Below are positions 1 to 8,719 of a DNA stretch of 64,000 nt, in pieces (positions within the stretch are counted from its first letter, which is position 1; every line of letters begins with the position of its first letter). Below the pieces are notes generated by a model. It did no database searches, was not told where the DNA came from, and worked only from the letters and a program-made list of their open reading frames with translations. Both the position numbers and the translations under genes were made by a program. The stretch is from Minisyncoccota bacterium (GTDB taxonomy: Bacteria; Patescibacteriota; Minisyncoccia; Phycocordibacterales; UBA9973), in the NCBI GenBank assembly GCA_018061035.1, contig JAGOUX010000001.1:76249-140248 (forward strand). The letters are read 5' to 3'.

Positions 1-141
1 TTTTTTCAATTTCACCATCAAACTTCTCATTTGAGTTTTGGAATCTTTGGTTAAGATATTCCTCCACTTCTCTCTTGATTTTCTCATTACTAGAGTTTTT
101 ACCAATAATTTTATCAATGTGTGGTGGTAAGTTGTTTTCCA
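1..141 (-). CDS. hypothetical protein, 5' portion only (gene runs off the window start)
   Basis: Reverse-strand ATG at 141 opens MENNLPPHIDKIIGKNSSNEKIKREVEEYLNQRF... which stays open to position 1. No family recognised. Confidence 0.3.
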
Positions 142-199
142 TAACTAAAGTATATCAAATTTTTGATTTTTTCTGCAAAAATGCTATATTTTTCCTATT

Positions 200-271
200 G
201 GCCCTATCGTCTAACGGCTAGGACGGATCCTTCTCAAGGATCAAATCAGAGTTCGATTCTCTGTAGGGTCA
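200..271 (+). tRNA. tRNA-Glu (anticodon CTC)
   Basis: Cloverleaf parsed by eye. Acceptor GGCCCTA/TAGGGTC, D-stem GTCT/GGAC, anticodon stem GATCC/GGATC with loop TTCTCAA, and T-loop GTTCGATTC. Confidence 0.8.
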
Positions 272-558
272 CAAATTGCGAAAAGCAGATAAACTGCTTT
301 ATCTGTGGGCAATTTGTGAAGGCACAAGCATAATCCGCCAGCTGGCGGATAGCCGAGCCGGGGTCGGCAAGTACTTACGTAGAATTTAAGCAAAGCGAAA
401 AATTATACTTAGTAACTTGTGACCACATGAACGCAGAATGCGAAGCATACTAAATACGACTGCAAGCAAATTATTAGAACTTTGCAATTTCTAAACAAGG
501 ACATTATTTTCAAGAATACATCCTTGTATTATTCCATCATAGTTATATACTTTAACAT

Positions 559-1140
559 ATGCCTATTGTACTCATAACGCTTAGTCTAATAATTACAACA
601 TCTTTTTTAGCAAAAAACGCAAAGAAGGAAAATACAAAATTAGGATATTTTCTTGTGCTAGTGAGTGGAATTATAATTTTTTTATTTGAACCACTAATTC
701 AAATTTTTCTACTTGAAATTAGTAGTCCGTCCTCTTCTTTGATTTCTCTTTTTGGCTTATATTTTATTGTGCTCGCAATAGTACAATTAATTAAATTAAT
801 GAAGAATGAGAATAGAAGTTTAATAAAATTTAGCAATAAAAACATTTTAACAATCATAGTTTCTGTTTTTCTTTTTATAGCTTTATTTGACGGCTTACCT
901 TATGGATATTTTACTTTTTTAAGATTTGCTGTTTGTGCTGTTGGACTTTATATTGCATATCAAATATATCAAATCAATAAAGAATCATTATGGGTCTGGT
1001 TTTTTGGCTCTATTGTTGTTTTATTTAACCCGATTATAGTTATTCACCTAGAAAGAGAACAATGGTGGGTTATTGATTTGATTGTTGGAATATTTTTTGT
1101 AATATCTCTGTTTTTATTAAAGGCAAATAAAAATAATTAA
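559..1140 (+). CDS. polytopic membrane protein, hypothetical
   Basis: 193-aa ORF that is strongly hydrophobic with several predicted TM helices. No motif recognised. Confidence 0.5.
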   Translation: MPIVLITLSLIITTSFLAKNAKKENTKLGYFLVLVSGIIIFLFEPLIQIFLLEISSPSSSLISLFGLYFIVLAIVQLIKLMKNENRSLIKFSNKNILTIIVSVFLFIALFDGLPYGYFTFLRFAVCAVGLYIAYQIYQINKESLWVWFFGSIVVLFNPIIVIHLEREQWWVIDLIVGIFFVISLFLLKANKNN

Positions 1141-1143
1141 TTT

Positions 1144-1461
1144 GTGACACGAGAACAATATAAGCAAAAATTTAAAACATGTGTTCATGATTGGACACTT
1201 CACATGGATGCTGACAGTGGTGACAGGAAGAGTAATTCCATTTTTATGTGTGAAAACTGCAAAACCATAGTTACAATGCTAGAAAGAAACTCTTTAGATT
1301 CTTTAAAGCTGAAGGAAAAAGCGATGAAAGACAGCTTGCTGTCTCAACAAGATTCTCAAAAGATTCAAGAGAAAAGTATTCGAATTTCTGCATGGACTGC
1401 CGCACTGACAATAGTAGTTGCTGTTATCGTATTTCTTTTTGGAGATGGGATTTTGAAATAA
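1144..1461 (+). CDS. hypothetical small protein (Cys/His cluster, C-terminal TM helix)
   Basis: GTG start 4 nt after the upstream stop. Contains C-x-H...C-x-x-C and a hydrophobic C-terminus. Confidence 0.4.
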   Translation: MTREQYKQKFKTCVHDWTLHMDADSGDRKSNSIFMCENCKTIVTMLERNSLDSLKLKEKAMKDSLLSQQDSQKIQEKSIRISAWTAALTIVVAVIVFLFGDGILK

Positions 1462-1507
1462 TTTACACTGGAAGAAAAGTTTCACGTCAACTATTTATAG
1501 TAGATTA

Positions 1508-2056
1508 TTAGTTAATAACTGTAGTGATCTTATTTGCAATCGGGTCATATGTTCTATGCATAGACTTAACCTGCATTTTAGATATTTTTAAAATATAAGT
1601 TAGAAAATCTTTTATATCTAAAGAATATAGACAGTCTTCTTTTTGCCAGTCAGAGGTTACAAAAATACGCCTTATACATCCATTTCTACTTGAAAGAACC
1701 TGAAGGACGTGAGCGTGTATGAATTGATTTAATAGATTTACAAGTGATAAATTAGTTTTGATTGATTTATCAAAATCATACAATTTTTCATAATCAAAAC
1801 TCAGACTTTGAATTCTACTATTTCTCTTGTATTTAACACATTTCAATTCTAGGTTTTTAGCAGAATCGGGTAATCTTTGTGACTCGAGTAATTTCCTGAT
1901 TGAAAAAGCCATTAAAAATAGCTTTATTTCAATTTTGGAAAAATGTTCGTCAAACTTATATCCATCAAGGTCCCAAATTTTAACATCTACCTTTTTTTGT
2001 ATATAAGATATATCTCGTTTGAGGTCCTTTTTCCAGTAATAGGATTCAAATGCCAT
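1508..2056 (-). CDS. hypothetical protein
   Basis: 182-aa ORF with no recognisable domain. Confidence 0.4.
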   Translation of the reverse strand: MAFESYYWKKDLKRDISYIQKKVDVKIWDLDGYKFDEHFSKIEIKLFLMAFSIRKLLESQRLPDSAKNLELKCVKYKRNSRIQSLSFDYEKLYDFDKSIKTNLSLVNLLNQFIHAHVLQVLSSRNGCIRRIFVTSDWQKEDCLYSLDIKDFLTYILKISKMQVKSMHRTYDPIANKITTVIN

Positions 2057-2176
2057 ACAGAAAGATTATAGCAGACTCCTATGCTGATTCCAGAAAGTCC
2101 TTATCTAATTGAAAACTGAGTTCTAATTCCATATAATTAATGGAATGGACTACAAAACCATAATCAGCATTATTTG

Positions 2177-2611
2177 ATGTTATAATCTGCCTATGTTAAT
2201 TAATCTAATTCTAAATCTTGCACTCGGGGTACTCGTAGGCTTCATTCTTGAATTCGTTTACCGGTCTCAACAAGCCAAGAAAATTGTTTGGCCGGAATTT
2301 ATAAATATATTTATGTATGGAATAGTAGGAGTATGCCTAGTCTTACTATATTATTCTCATCTGAATTTATGGCTCGAACTAATTCTTCTCCTAATCATAC
2401 CTAGCTTAATTGAATTCCTAACTGGATACATATATTTAAAGTTTAAAGGAATTTATCTATGGGATTATTCACAAGAATTTTTAAACTTTAGGTCCATCAT
2501 TTGTATGAAATTTTCTTTAGCATGGTTTGTTCTTGCTGCGTTATACTACTATTTTATTTTTCCAAAAATATTTCTCTCATAGACACGTAAACAATTCCCT
2601 CCTTCCAATTA
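2177..2611 (+). repeat. 435-bp direct repeat, copy 1 (contains a 129-aa membrane-protein gene)
   Basis: Identical to 4639-5073 at an offset of 2462 bp. Match limits were found by flank comparison. Confidence 0.85.
2193..2582 (+). CDS. small membrane protein (4 predicted TM), copy 1
   Basis: 129-aa hydrophobic ORF that is identical to the ORF at 4655-5044. Confidence 0.5.
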   Translation: MLINLILNLALGVLVGFILEFVYRSQQAKKIVWPEFINIFMYGIVGVCLVLLYYSHLNLWLELILLLIIPSLIEFLTGYIYLKFKGIYLWDYSQEFLNFRSIICMKFSLAWFVLAALYYYFIFPKIFLS

Positions 2612-2753
2612 CTCCTCAAAATATAAAAGCCTCGTGAGAAGTTTCCTTTTCACGAGGCCATGAACCTCGTGAGGTTCATACTTGCGATAGCAAGATTTGA
2701 TGTGATGGTGCTTGGCTCGGCGGAGAGAATATCCTCCGCCGAGCGCGAGCAAG

Positions 2754-3188
2754 TTATTCCTCGTCCATCAGGACTTTGAGACGCTGATGAGAGAGCTTCT
2801 CGAGCTCGCTCCCTAGTTCGGCTACAGTATAAATCGTAAGCCAGTCATCGACGTCGAGCACGTCGTCGTAAGGACGAATCTTCTCCAAGAACGCGGCGCT
2901 TTGCTCGTGGTTGAAGAAAATTTTGCTTTCGGCAATGTCCATGAGATTCTGGACCGATGTTGCCTGGGCGATATCCGACATCAGGATCTCGTCCTCTTTC
3001 CGCCCGAGAACATCAGATTCCTTCGTCTCGGGAGGCTGGCTGAACTGCGCGCCTTGCGGAGGAGCACCACCTTGTTGCATGTTGGAGGCAAATTCGTCCC
3101 GCAGGATCTTCCTGATTCCAACAATTCCCAGCAGGACGGCGATGGTGATAAGAATCGACGTCACGTCAAAACTGATTCCCATTAGCAT
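2754..3188 (-). CDS. hypothetical membrane-anchored protein in a GC-rich patch
   Basis: 144-aa ORF with an N-terminal TM helix followed by an acidic soluble domain. Local GC is well above the window background. A stack of hairpins lies downstream at 2630-2745. Confidence 0.4.
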   Translation of the reverse strand: MLMGISFDVTSILITIAVLLGIVGIRKILRDEFASNMQQGGAPPQGAQFSQPPETKESDVLGRKEDEILMSDIAQATSVQNLMDIAESKIFFNHEQSAAFLEKIRPYDDVLDVDDWLTIYTVAELGSELEKLSHQRLKVLMDEE

Positions 3189-3353
3189 TACTCCTTTGGA
3201 AGGGCCGGCATGCCGGCTGACTGGTGAAAATTACTAAAACTATATAATATAATTGCTAAATGTCAATGCATAGTTTTGAATAAAAGTTCCGTGTAGTGTT
3301 TTCTAAATTCTACATTGCTACGTTTTTTTGGTTTAATGTTATGATTAATAATC

Positions 3354-4016
3354 ATGAAACTAAATTTCACCTACAACAAAGACAAGGATATATGGTGCCT
3401 TCTAAATAAAGACAAGAGTTCTAATAATTCTCAGGCTTCCACCGAGCAGTACCAGCAGCTTATAAATAAATATGGAGAAAATCCAACAGCAGAAAACACG
3501 GCAATTTTTGTTGATGAGTATATTACTGAGAATAATATTGACATCGAGAAGTATATAAAGAATTTTCAAAAGGATTGGGAAAATATCTCTACTGTTTTTC
3601 AAAAAAATGCCGAAGCAATTTTCAATGTTTCACTTCCGACTGATGTAATTGTTTACCTTACAATAAACAGTCGTTGTCCTTACAGCATACAAGACAAGTT
3701 CTTTTATGTATCTCTGCAATCATCACAAGCAACAAAGACTATAATGCACGAGCTCTGGCATTTCTACACATGGTACGGACTTGGAATATACCAAGAGGAA
3801 AAGCTCGGCAAACAAAAATATAATGATATAAAAGAAGCACTGACTGTTTTGTTAAATGTCGAGTGTAAAGATTTATTTCCTGAGGGTGTTATAGATATTG
3901 GTTATCCCCAACACCAGGAAACACGACAACTAATTCTGAATTACTGGGAGAAAAATAAAGATATTAAAAGACTTTGGGAATATTTAGTGAGCTCCCCCAC
4001 CGAACCTACTTTTTAG
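3354..4016 (+). CDS. hypothetical protein with an HExxH motif (possible metallopeptidase-like)
   Basis: 220-aa ORF containing TIMHELWHFYTWYG (HExxH). No further family assignment is possible. Confidence 0.45.
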   Translation: MKLNFTYNKDKDIWCLLNKDKSSNNSQASTEQYQQLINKYGENPTAENTAIFVDEYITENNIDIEKYIKNFQKDWENISTVFQKNAEAIFNVSLPTDVIVYLTINSRCPYSIQDKFFYVSLQSSQATKTIMHELWHFYTWYGLGIYQEEKLGKQKYNDIKEALTVLLNVECKDLFPEGVIDIGYPQHQETRQLILNYWEKNKDIKRLWEYLVSSPTEPTF

Positions 4017-4548
4017 CCGTACAGAAAAACTCTCGCACACACCAGACCTTTCCACCCACTGGCTGGCTTATAGATTCACTAACAAAAGAATTCGGCATTT
4101 TATGTCCACCGTATTTTAAATCAAAAGAATCCATCATTTGTTGAACTTTTCCTGACTGCTTTAATTCTGCTTCGACGTTATTATGAGCTATTTGAGCATT
4201 AGCTCCAGACAACAGTGTTCCGCGTCTATCGAAATAATAATCTGCATCTCTCTCCTCACATTTAACAAAATTGCAATTCCAAATAAATTTAAATTTTTGA
4301 TCAGAAACCTCGATTCTTACAGAAGGGTTTTCGATCCTAGAAGGATATTGTTGTTTCAGGATATTCCCTACTCTATTAGCAAATTCATTTCCACTTTTAT
4401 GTGCTTCTGCTCCGTCTCCGGACTCATATATATATTCTGATTTATTTTGAAAGGATTCGGAAGCGCTGGCGTCCAAAGAAGATACTATCGCTGTTCCAGC
4501 TATTGCCTTACCTACTTGTTTTATAAAATCTCTACGTGACTCGTCCAT
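4006..4548 (-). CDS. secreted hypothetical protein with a twin-arginine (Tat)-type signal
   Basis: N-terminus MDESRRDFIKQVGKAIAGTAIVSS matches the S-R-R-x-F-[LI]-K Tat consensus followed by a hydrophobic h-region. Confidence 0.5.
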   Translation of the reverse strand: MDESRRDFIKQVGKAIAGTAIVSSLDASASESFQNKSEYIYESGDGAEAHKSGNEFANRVGNILKQQYPSRIENPSVRIEVSDQKFKFIWNCNFVKCEERDADYYFDRRGTLLSGANAQIAHNNVEAELKQSGKVQQMMDSFDLKYGGHKMPNSFVSESISQPVGGKVWCVREFFCTAKK

Positions 4549-4638
4549 ATTTCTATATTACCATAGTTTCAAATACCAATAAATCTGAATAAATATTTAA
4601 TAGATATTCCTTTCCACGTGATTTTCTATACAATTATA

Positions 4639-5073
4639 ATGTTATAATCTGCCTATGTTAATTAATCTAATTCTAAATCTTGCACTCGGGGTACTCGTAG
4701 GCTTCATTCTTGAATTCGTTTACCGGTCTCAACAAGCCAAGAAAATTGTTTGGCCGGAATTTATAAATATATTTATGTATGGAATAGTAGGAGTATGCCT
4801 AGTCTTACTATATTATTCTCATCTGAATTTATGGCTCGAACTAATTCTTCTCCTAATCATACCTAGCTTAATTGAATTCCTAACTGGATACATATATTTA
4901 AAGTTTAAAGGAATTTATCTATGGGATTATTCACAAGAATTTTTAAACTTTAGGTCCATCATTTGTATGAAATTTTCTTTAGCATGGTTTGTTCTTGCTG
5001 CGTTATACTACTATTTTATTTTTCCAAAAATATTTCTCTCATAGACACGTAAACAATTCCCTCCTTCCAATTA
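4639..5073 (+). repeat. 435-bp direct repeat, copy 2
   Basis: Identical to 2177-2611. Confidence 0.85.
4655..5044 (+). CDS. small membrane protein, copy 2 (identical to 2193-2582)
   Basis: Identical 129-aa translation. Confidence 0.5.
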   Translation: MLINLILNLALGVLVGFILEFVYRSQQAKKIVWPEFINIFMYGIVGVCLVLLYYSHLNLWLELILLLIIPSLIEFLTGYIYLKFKGIYLWDYSQEFLNFRSIICMKFSLAWFVLAALYYYFIFPKIFLS

Positions 5074-5099
5074 TTCCCCCAAAAAGCTAAAATAAACAC

Positions 5100-5657
5100 A
5101 TGGAACTCACAGAACTAGTTTTAACTCTAAAAATCCCGGCAACCATAGTCCACGTGGTCGCAGTCGTATTTGGTATGGGTAGCGCACTCGTGTCTGATCT
5201 GCTTTTCTCATTCTTCAGCAAAGACAAGCATTTGAACAAGACCGAGATGTCTACCCTCTCTATCCTCGCCACTGCTGTCTTTTATAGTTTAATACTCATC
5301 AGCCTGTCTGGATTAATAATTTTTCTTTCTGATATTGAAAAGTATTCTCATTCTGCAAAATTCCTAGCAAAAATAAGCATTCTCGCAATACTGATAATAA
5401 ATGGTTATGTGCTTAATAAATATGTCTGGCCTCACCTGCTTAATAAAAATTTCTTCACACTCAAGAAAGAACGCAATATCCGCAAGCTCGCCTTCGGATC
5501 CGGAGCAATATCTGTGATCTCTTGGCTCTCTGTCTGCGCTCTCGGAGTATTGGATAGTCTAAATATGCCGTATGTGGCAATCGTTTCCCTATATGCTTCC
5601 ATAATTGTATTGGGAACAATCGTGGCATTAGTTATTGAAAGAAAAGAATTCAACTAG
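5100..5657 (+). CDS. membrane protein, hypothetical
   Basis: 185-aa ORF with multiple hydrophobic segments. Confidence 0.5.
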   Translation: MELTELVLTLKIPATIVHVVAVVFGMGSALVSDLLFSFFSKDKHLNKTEMSTLSILATAVFYSLILISLSGLIIFLSDIEKYSHSAKFLAKISILAILIINGYVLNKYVWPHLLNKNFFTLKKERNIRKLAFGSGAISVISWLSVCALGVLDSLNMPYVAIVSLYASIIVLGTIVALVIERKEFN

Positions 5658-5730
5658 CAACGCCTCGAGAACCGAGACGGCTTCGAGGCGTAAAATAAAA
5701 CTATTATATTAAAAGAACTATTCGCCTGAA

Positions 5731-5765
5731 CCCGCCGGTAGACATTCACGGCGGGTTGTTCTTGC
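5731..5765 (+). terminator. GC hairpin CCCGCCG-N11-CGGCGGG followed by a T-rich tract
   Basis: Inverted repeat read directly. It lies between the 5100-5657 gene and a GC-rich patch. Confidence 0.4.
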
Positions 5766-5766
5766 G

Positions 5767-6141
5767 CTATCCCCGCTTTATTTCATTGGTCAACATGATT
5801 GCCCGCGGACCATGAATCCTGCGAATCCCATCGAACGATCTCGAGGGAGGCACGACCATGCGTTCCCTCGACAGCACCTGGCTGATGTACACCACATCGT
5901 TCGGATTCGGATCACTAAAGATCCTCAGGATAGTCTCACCCTCCTTCAGGATGAGGTACGGGGGCCTTTCCACCAGGAACTCATCTGCCCGCGCGATCTC
6001 CGTCAGGAACTTCTGATTCTCCGGCAGACTGACCGGAGTGATCTTCGAGGGGAGGAAGCCGTATTTCATCATGAGGGACACCAGCAACTTCATGCTGAGT
6101 GAGTTGACCTCCACGGTCGTGATCATTTCCAAAACAAACAT
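5767..6141 (-). CDS. hypothetical protein (GC-rich patch)
   Basis: 124-aa ORF. Several overlapping ORFs exist in this GC-rich patch, so frame choice is uncertain. Confidence 0.3.
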   Translation of the reverse strand: MFVLEMITTVEVNSLSMKLLVSLMMKYGFLPSKITPVSLPENQKFLTEIARADEFLVERPPYLILKEGETILRIFSDPNPNDVVYISQVLSRERMVVPPSRSFDGIRRIHGPRAIMLTNEIKRG

Positions 6142-6202
6142 CTGACATCCTCTCTGTGATTTGCATTCCCCGCCGGCGTGAGTGCCGGCGGGGTCTTACT
6201 CA

Positions 6203-6514
6203 CTACTTGGGAACGGCAGCCTTGACCTGATCGACGATCGTGCTCGACTCCACGCCCTCGTGAACGGCCATGTTGCCACTCTCGGCGTGGATAATGTACA
6301 AAACGGGGTACCGTGGACGGGCCGCTCCGTAATGAAAGAAGCCCTTTTGAACCGCCTTCTGCTCGAAATAGTGAGCAAAAGGATCACCGGCAGTGAGAGG
6401 CGACGTATTGTAGCCAGCCGCCTGAAGTGCGTTCCGACATTTCGCGTACTCCGAGGCATTTCCCGACGAACCGCCGACAAGTTCTACTTGTAGCACAGGA
6501 ACCTCCACACGCAT
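6203..6514 (-). CDS. hypothetical protein (GC-rich patch)
   Basis: 103-aa ORF that overlaps two alternative ORFs on other frames. Chosen because it is co-directional with 5767-6141 and its composition looks protein-like. Confidence 0.25.
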   Translation of the reverse strand: MRVEVPVLQVELVGGSSGNASEYAKCRNALQAAGYNTSPLTAGDPFAHYFEQKAVQKGFFHYGAARPRYPVLYIIHAESGNMAVHEGVESSTIVDQVKAAVPK

Positions 6515-6605
6515 ACAATATAATTCCAGAATGAAAGTGTCAATATACTACAATTTGCAGTTCGCAAATAGATTATGAGATAATAAAATCAAAGAGAGGT
6601 GCACC

Positions 6606-6914
6606 ATGACAAATGAGCGGCTCGAAAAGCTTGGAGTTGTCGCCTTTGCAACAGGTATTGTGGTAGCGATAGATGGTATCGACGTTCCTCCATTTATCGT
6701 CTTCACTCTCACTTGCGGCGGCGCGGCAATCCTCGTGTTTTTGCACGACGCCTTCAAGTGGGCACTCGGCTCCGCGATTTTTATCGCTGCGGCCGTCTGT
6801 GCCTCGTCATGCACTAGCGACAAGTACATCCTGGCTGGTTGCTTTGCGATCTTCATGCTTGGCGTGAACTTCGCGCGACTTCTGGTCGGCGAAATGAAAA
6901 AGGAAATTGTTTGA
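6606..6914 (+). CDS. small membrane protein (GC-rich patch)
   Basis: 102-aa hydrophobic ORF. It is followed by a perfect 14+14 palindrome, TGGCCGGCGTCGTATACGACGCCGGCCA, at about 6923-6950. Confidence 0.35.
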   Translation: MTNERLEKLGVVAFATGIVVAIDGIDVPPFIVFTLTCGGAAILVFLHDAFKWALGSAIFIAAAVCASSCTSDKYILAGCFAIFMLGVNFARLLVGEMKKEIV

Positions 6915-7012
6915 TCAGTGGCCGGCGTCGTATACGACGCCGGCCATATTTATTTTAAATAAATCTAAGTTGATGCTATAATGGCACTATTATAATTAGT
7001 AAATATAAAAAT

Positions 7013-7387
7013 ATGAAAACAAAAGCACTTATTATAGGAATCATAATCATCGCCATCATCGGTTTTGCAGTAAATAAGCGTTCCGATAATGCACCGACAG
7101 TAGTAACTCCTGCGACCAACGATACAACAGGAATTCAAAAGGCTGAAACAGATTCATACACCATGGCCGAAGTAGCTACTCATAATACTCAGGCAGATTG
7201 TTGGACAACTATTAGTGGTAGTGTTTACAACGTAACTTCATGGATATCTGAGCACCCAGGAGGAGCAAAAGCTATCATCGGATTGTGTGGCATCGACGGC
7301 ACAGCAGGATTCACCGGACAGCACGGAGGACAGCCACGACCAGCAACAGAGCTTGCAGGATTCAAAATCGGAGCTCTCGCAAACTAG
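7013..7387 (+). CDS. cytochrome b5-like heme-binding domain protein with an N-terminal membrane anchor
   Basis: A-H-N-x(5)-C-W-x(4)-G-x-V-Y-N-V-T-x-W-x-x-E-H-P-G-G matches the cytochrome b5 family signature (HPGG). The N-terminus is a TM helix. Confidence 0.6.
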   Translation: MKTKALIIGIIIIAIIGFAVNKRSDNAPTVVTPATNDTTGIQKAETDSYTMAEVATHNTQADCWTTISGSVYNVTSWISEHPGGAKAIIGLCGIDGTAGFTGQHGGQPRPATELAGFKIGALAN

Positions 7388-7394
7388 ATATAAA

Positions 7395-8687
7395 TTATTT
7401 TTTCTCCAACCACTCAGGCTCTTGGCGCACCAAGAGCCTGTTTTGGTTTTTCTTGTCTTTTAGTATTGCTGATACGACTCTCTCCATGCGTACTCCTTGA
7501 GACCCTTTGACCAAAACCAAATCATTTTTTTCTAGTAATTTCTCTGCAAATGCTCCTGCTTCTGTAGAATTTGTAAAATCAAATATACTACCTTCGCTCA
7601 TGCCCGCCTCTATTGCACCCACTTTTATATCGCAAGCCCTAGGACCAACTACTACCAATATATCTGCATTCTCTTTTGCCACCTTTCCTACATTCTTATG
7701 GGCTTCGACTGTGTGTTTTCCGAGCTCAAGCATGTCGCCCAAAATCGCTATTTTCCTGCCACCATTAACTTCGCGAAGTGTGCGAAGTGCGCTTTCACAA
7801 GCAAATGGAGAAGAATTGTAAGTATCATCAATAATAAATGTATCATTGATTCCTGACAACAAACGCATACGACCTGCTGGTACATCATATGCTTTAAGGT
7901 GTTCGATAGCATGAAGAACATTGAATTTCAAACCTACAGATAATGTGATAGCAGCCAAAGATGCATATAAATGATTTCTTCCAAAAACTCCTTCGATAGC
8001 CACAGGCATACTGACCCCACTTTCATCAACACGGAAAATTATACCCTCGGGAATTCCATCGATGCCGTAATATATATTATCTTGCGAGGCCACTACATCT
8101 GCCTCAGGATTAAATCCATAAGTGATAGTGCGACATTTAGTTTTTTCCTTCATCCCTAATACGGCTTCATCGTCAGCATTGAGCACCAATAGTCCATCTT
8201 TTTTTAAGGTTTTAATGAGCTCACTTTTTTCTTCAATCAAATGTTTGCGAGAAGAAAAGAATTCTATATGTGCAGGTGTTTCTCCGATGGCAGTAATAAT
8301 TACTGCATCTGTCTTTAGCCATGATGCGGTTTTTTTCATGTCACCCGGCTTACCTACGCCCACCTCAAGGACTAGCCATTTGGGATATTTATGAGGTGCA
8401 ATGATCAACCACAAACCTAATAGGAAATTTTCGAACCAAACAAAAGGATTATTCCAACCATTTGGTAATCCGAGAATAGTTAACGGTAAACCAATTTCAC
8501 TATTGTAGCTCTTTTGACTTTTGCGCACATGGGTCATGCCTGAGAGTGCGGCATAAACCGCATCCTTTGTAGAAGTCTTACCTAGGCTACCAGTGATAGC
8601 TATAACCTTCGGCTTGTACTTCCAAAGCACAGCTCGAGACTCCATCTGAAGTACGTATGAAATTGATGTTTTTACAAATGCTCTCAT
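7395..8687 (-). CDS. murF: UDP-N-acetylmuramoyl-tripeptide--D-alanyl-D-alanine ligase
   Basis: Mur ligase P-loop GSLGKTSTKD and a DDTYNSSP motif. It sits downstream of ftsI in the dcw order. Confidence 0.85.
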   Translation of the reverse strand: MRAFVKTSISYVLQMESRAVLWKYKPKVIAITGSLGKTSTKDAVYAALSGMTHVRKSQKSYNSEIGLPLTILGLPNGWNNPFVWFENFLLGLWLIIAPHKYPKWLVLEVGVGKPGDMKKTASWLKTDAVIITAIGETPAHIEFFSSRKHLIEEKSELIKTLKKDGLLVLNADDEAVLGMKEKTKCRTITYGFNPEADVVASQDNIYYGIDGIPEGIIFRVDESGVSMPVAIEGVFGRNHLYASLAAITLSVGLKFNVLHAIEHLKAYDVPAGRMRLLSGINDTFIIDDTYNSSPFACESALRTLREVNGGRKIAILGDMLELGKHTVEAHKNVGKVAKENADILVVVGPRACDIKVGAIEAGMSEGSIFDFTNSTEAGAFAEKLLEKNDLVLVKGSQGVRMERVVSAILKDKKNQNRLLVRQEPEWLEKK

Positions 8688-8719
8688 GAATTGATTTATA
8701 CAAGTAATTAATAACAGTT

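Noticed and set aside
6182-6493. Plus-strand 103-aa ORF and a second minus-strand 94-aa ORF overlapping 6203-6514
   Set aside because: Three mutually overlapping ORFs occur in a GC-rich patch. I kept the one co-directional with its neighbour, at low confidence. None can be confirmed without homology search.
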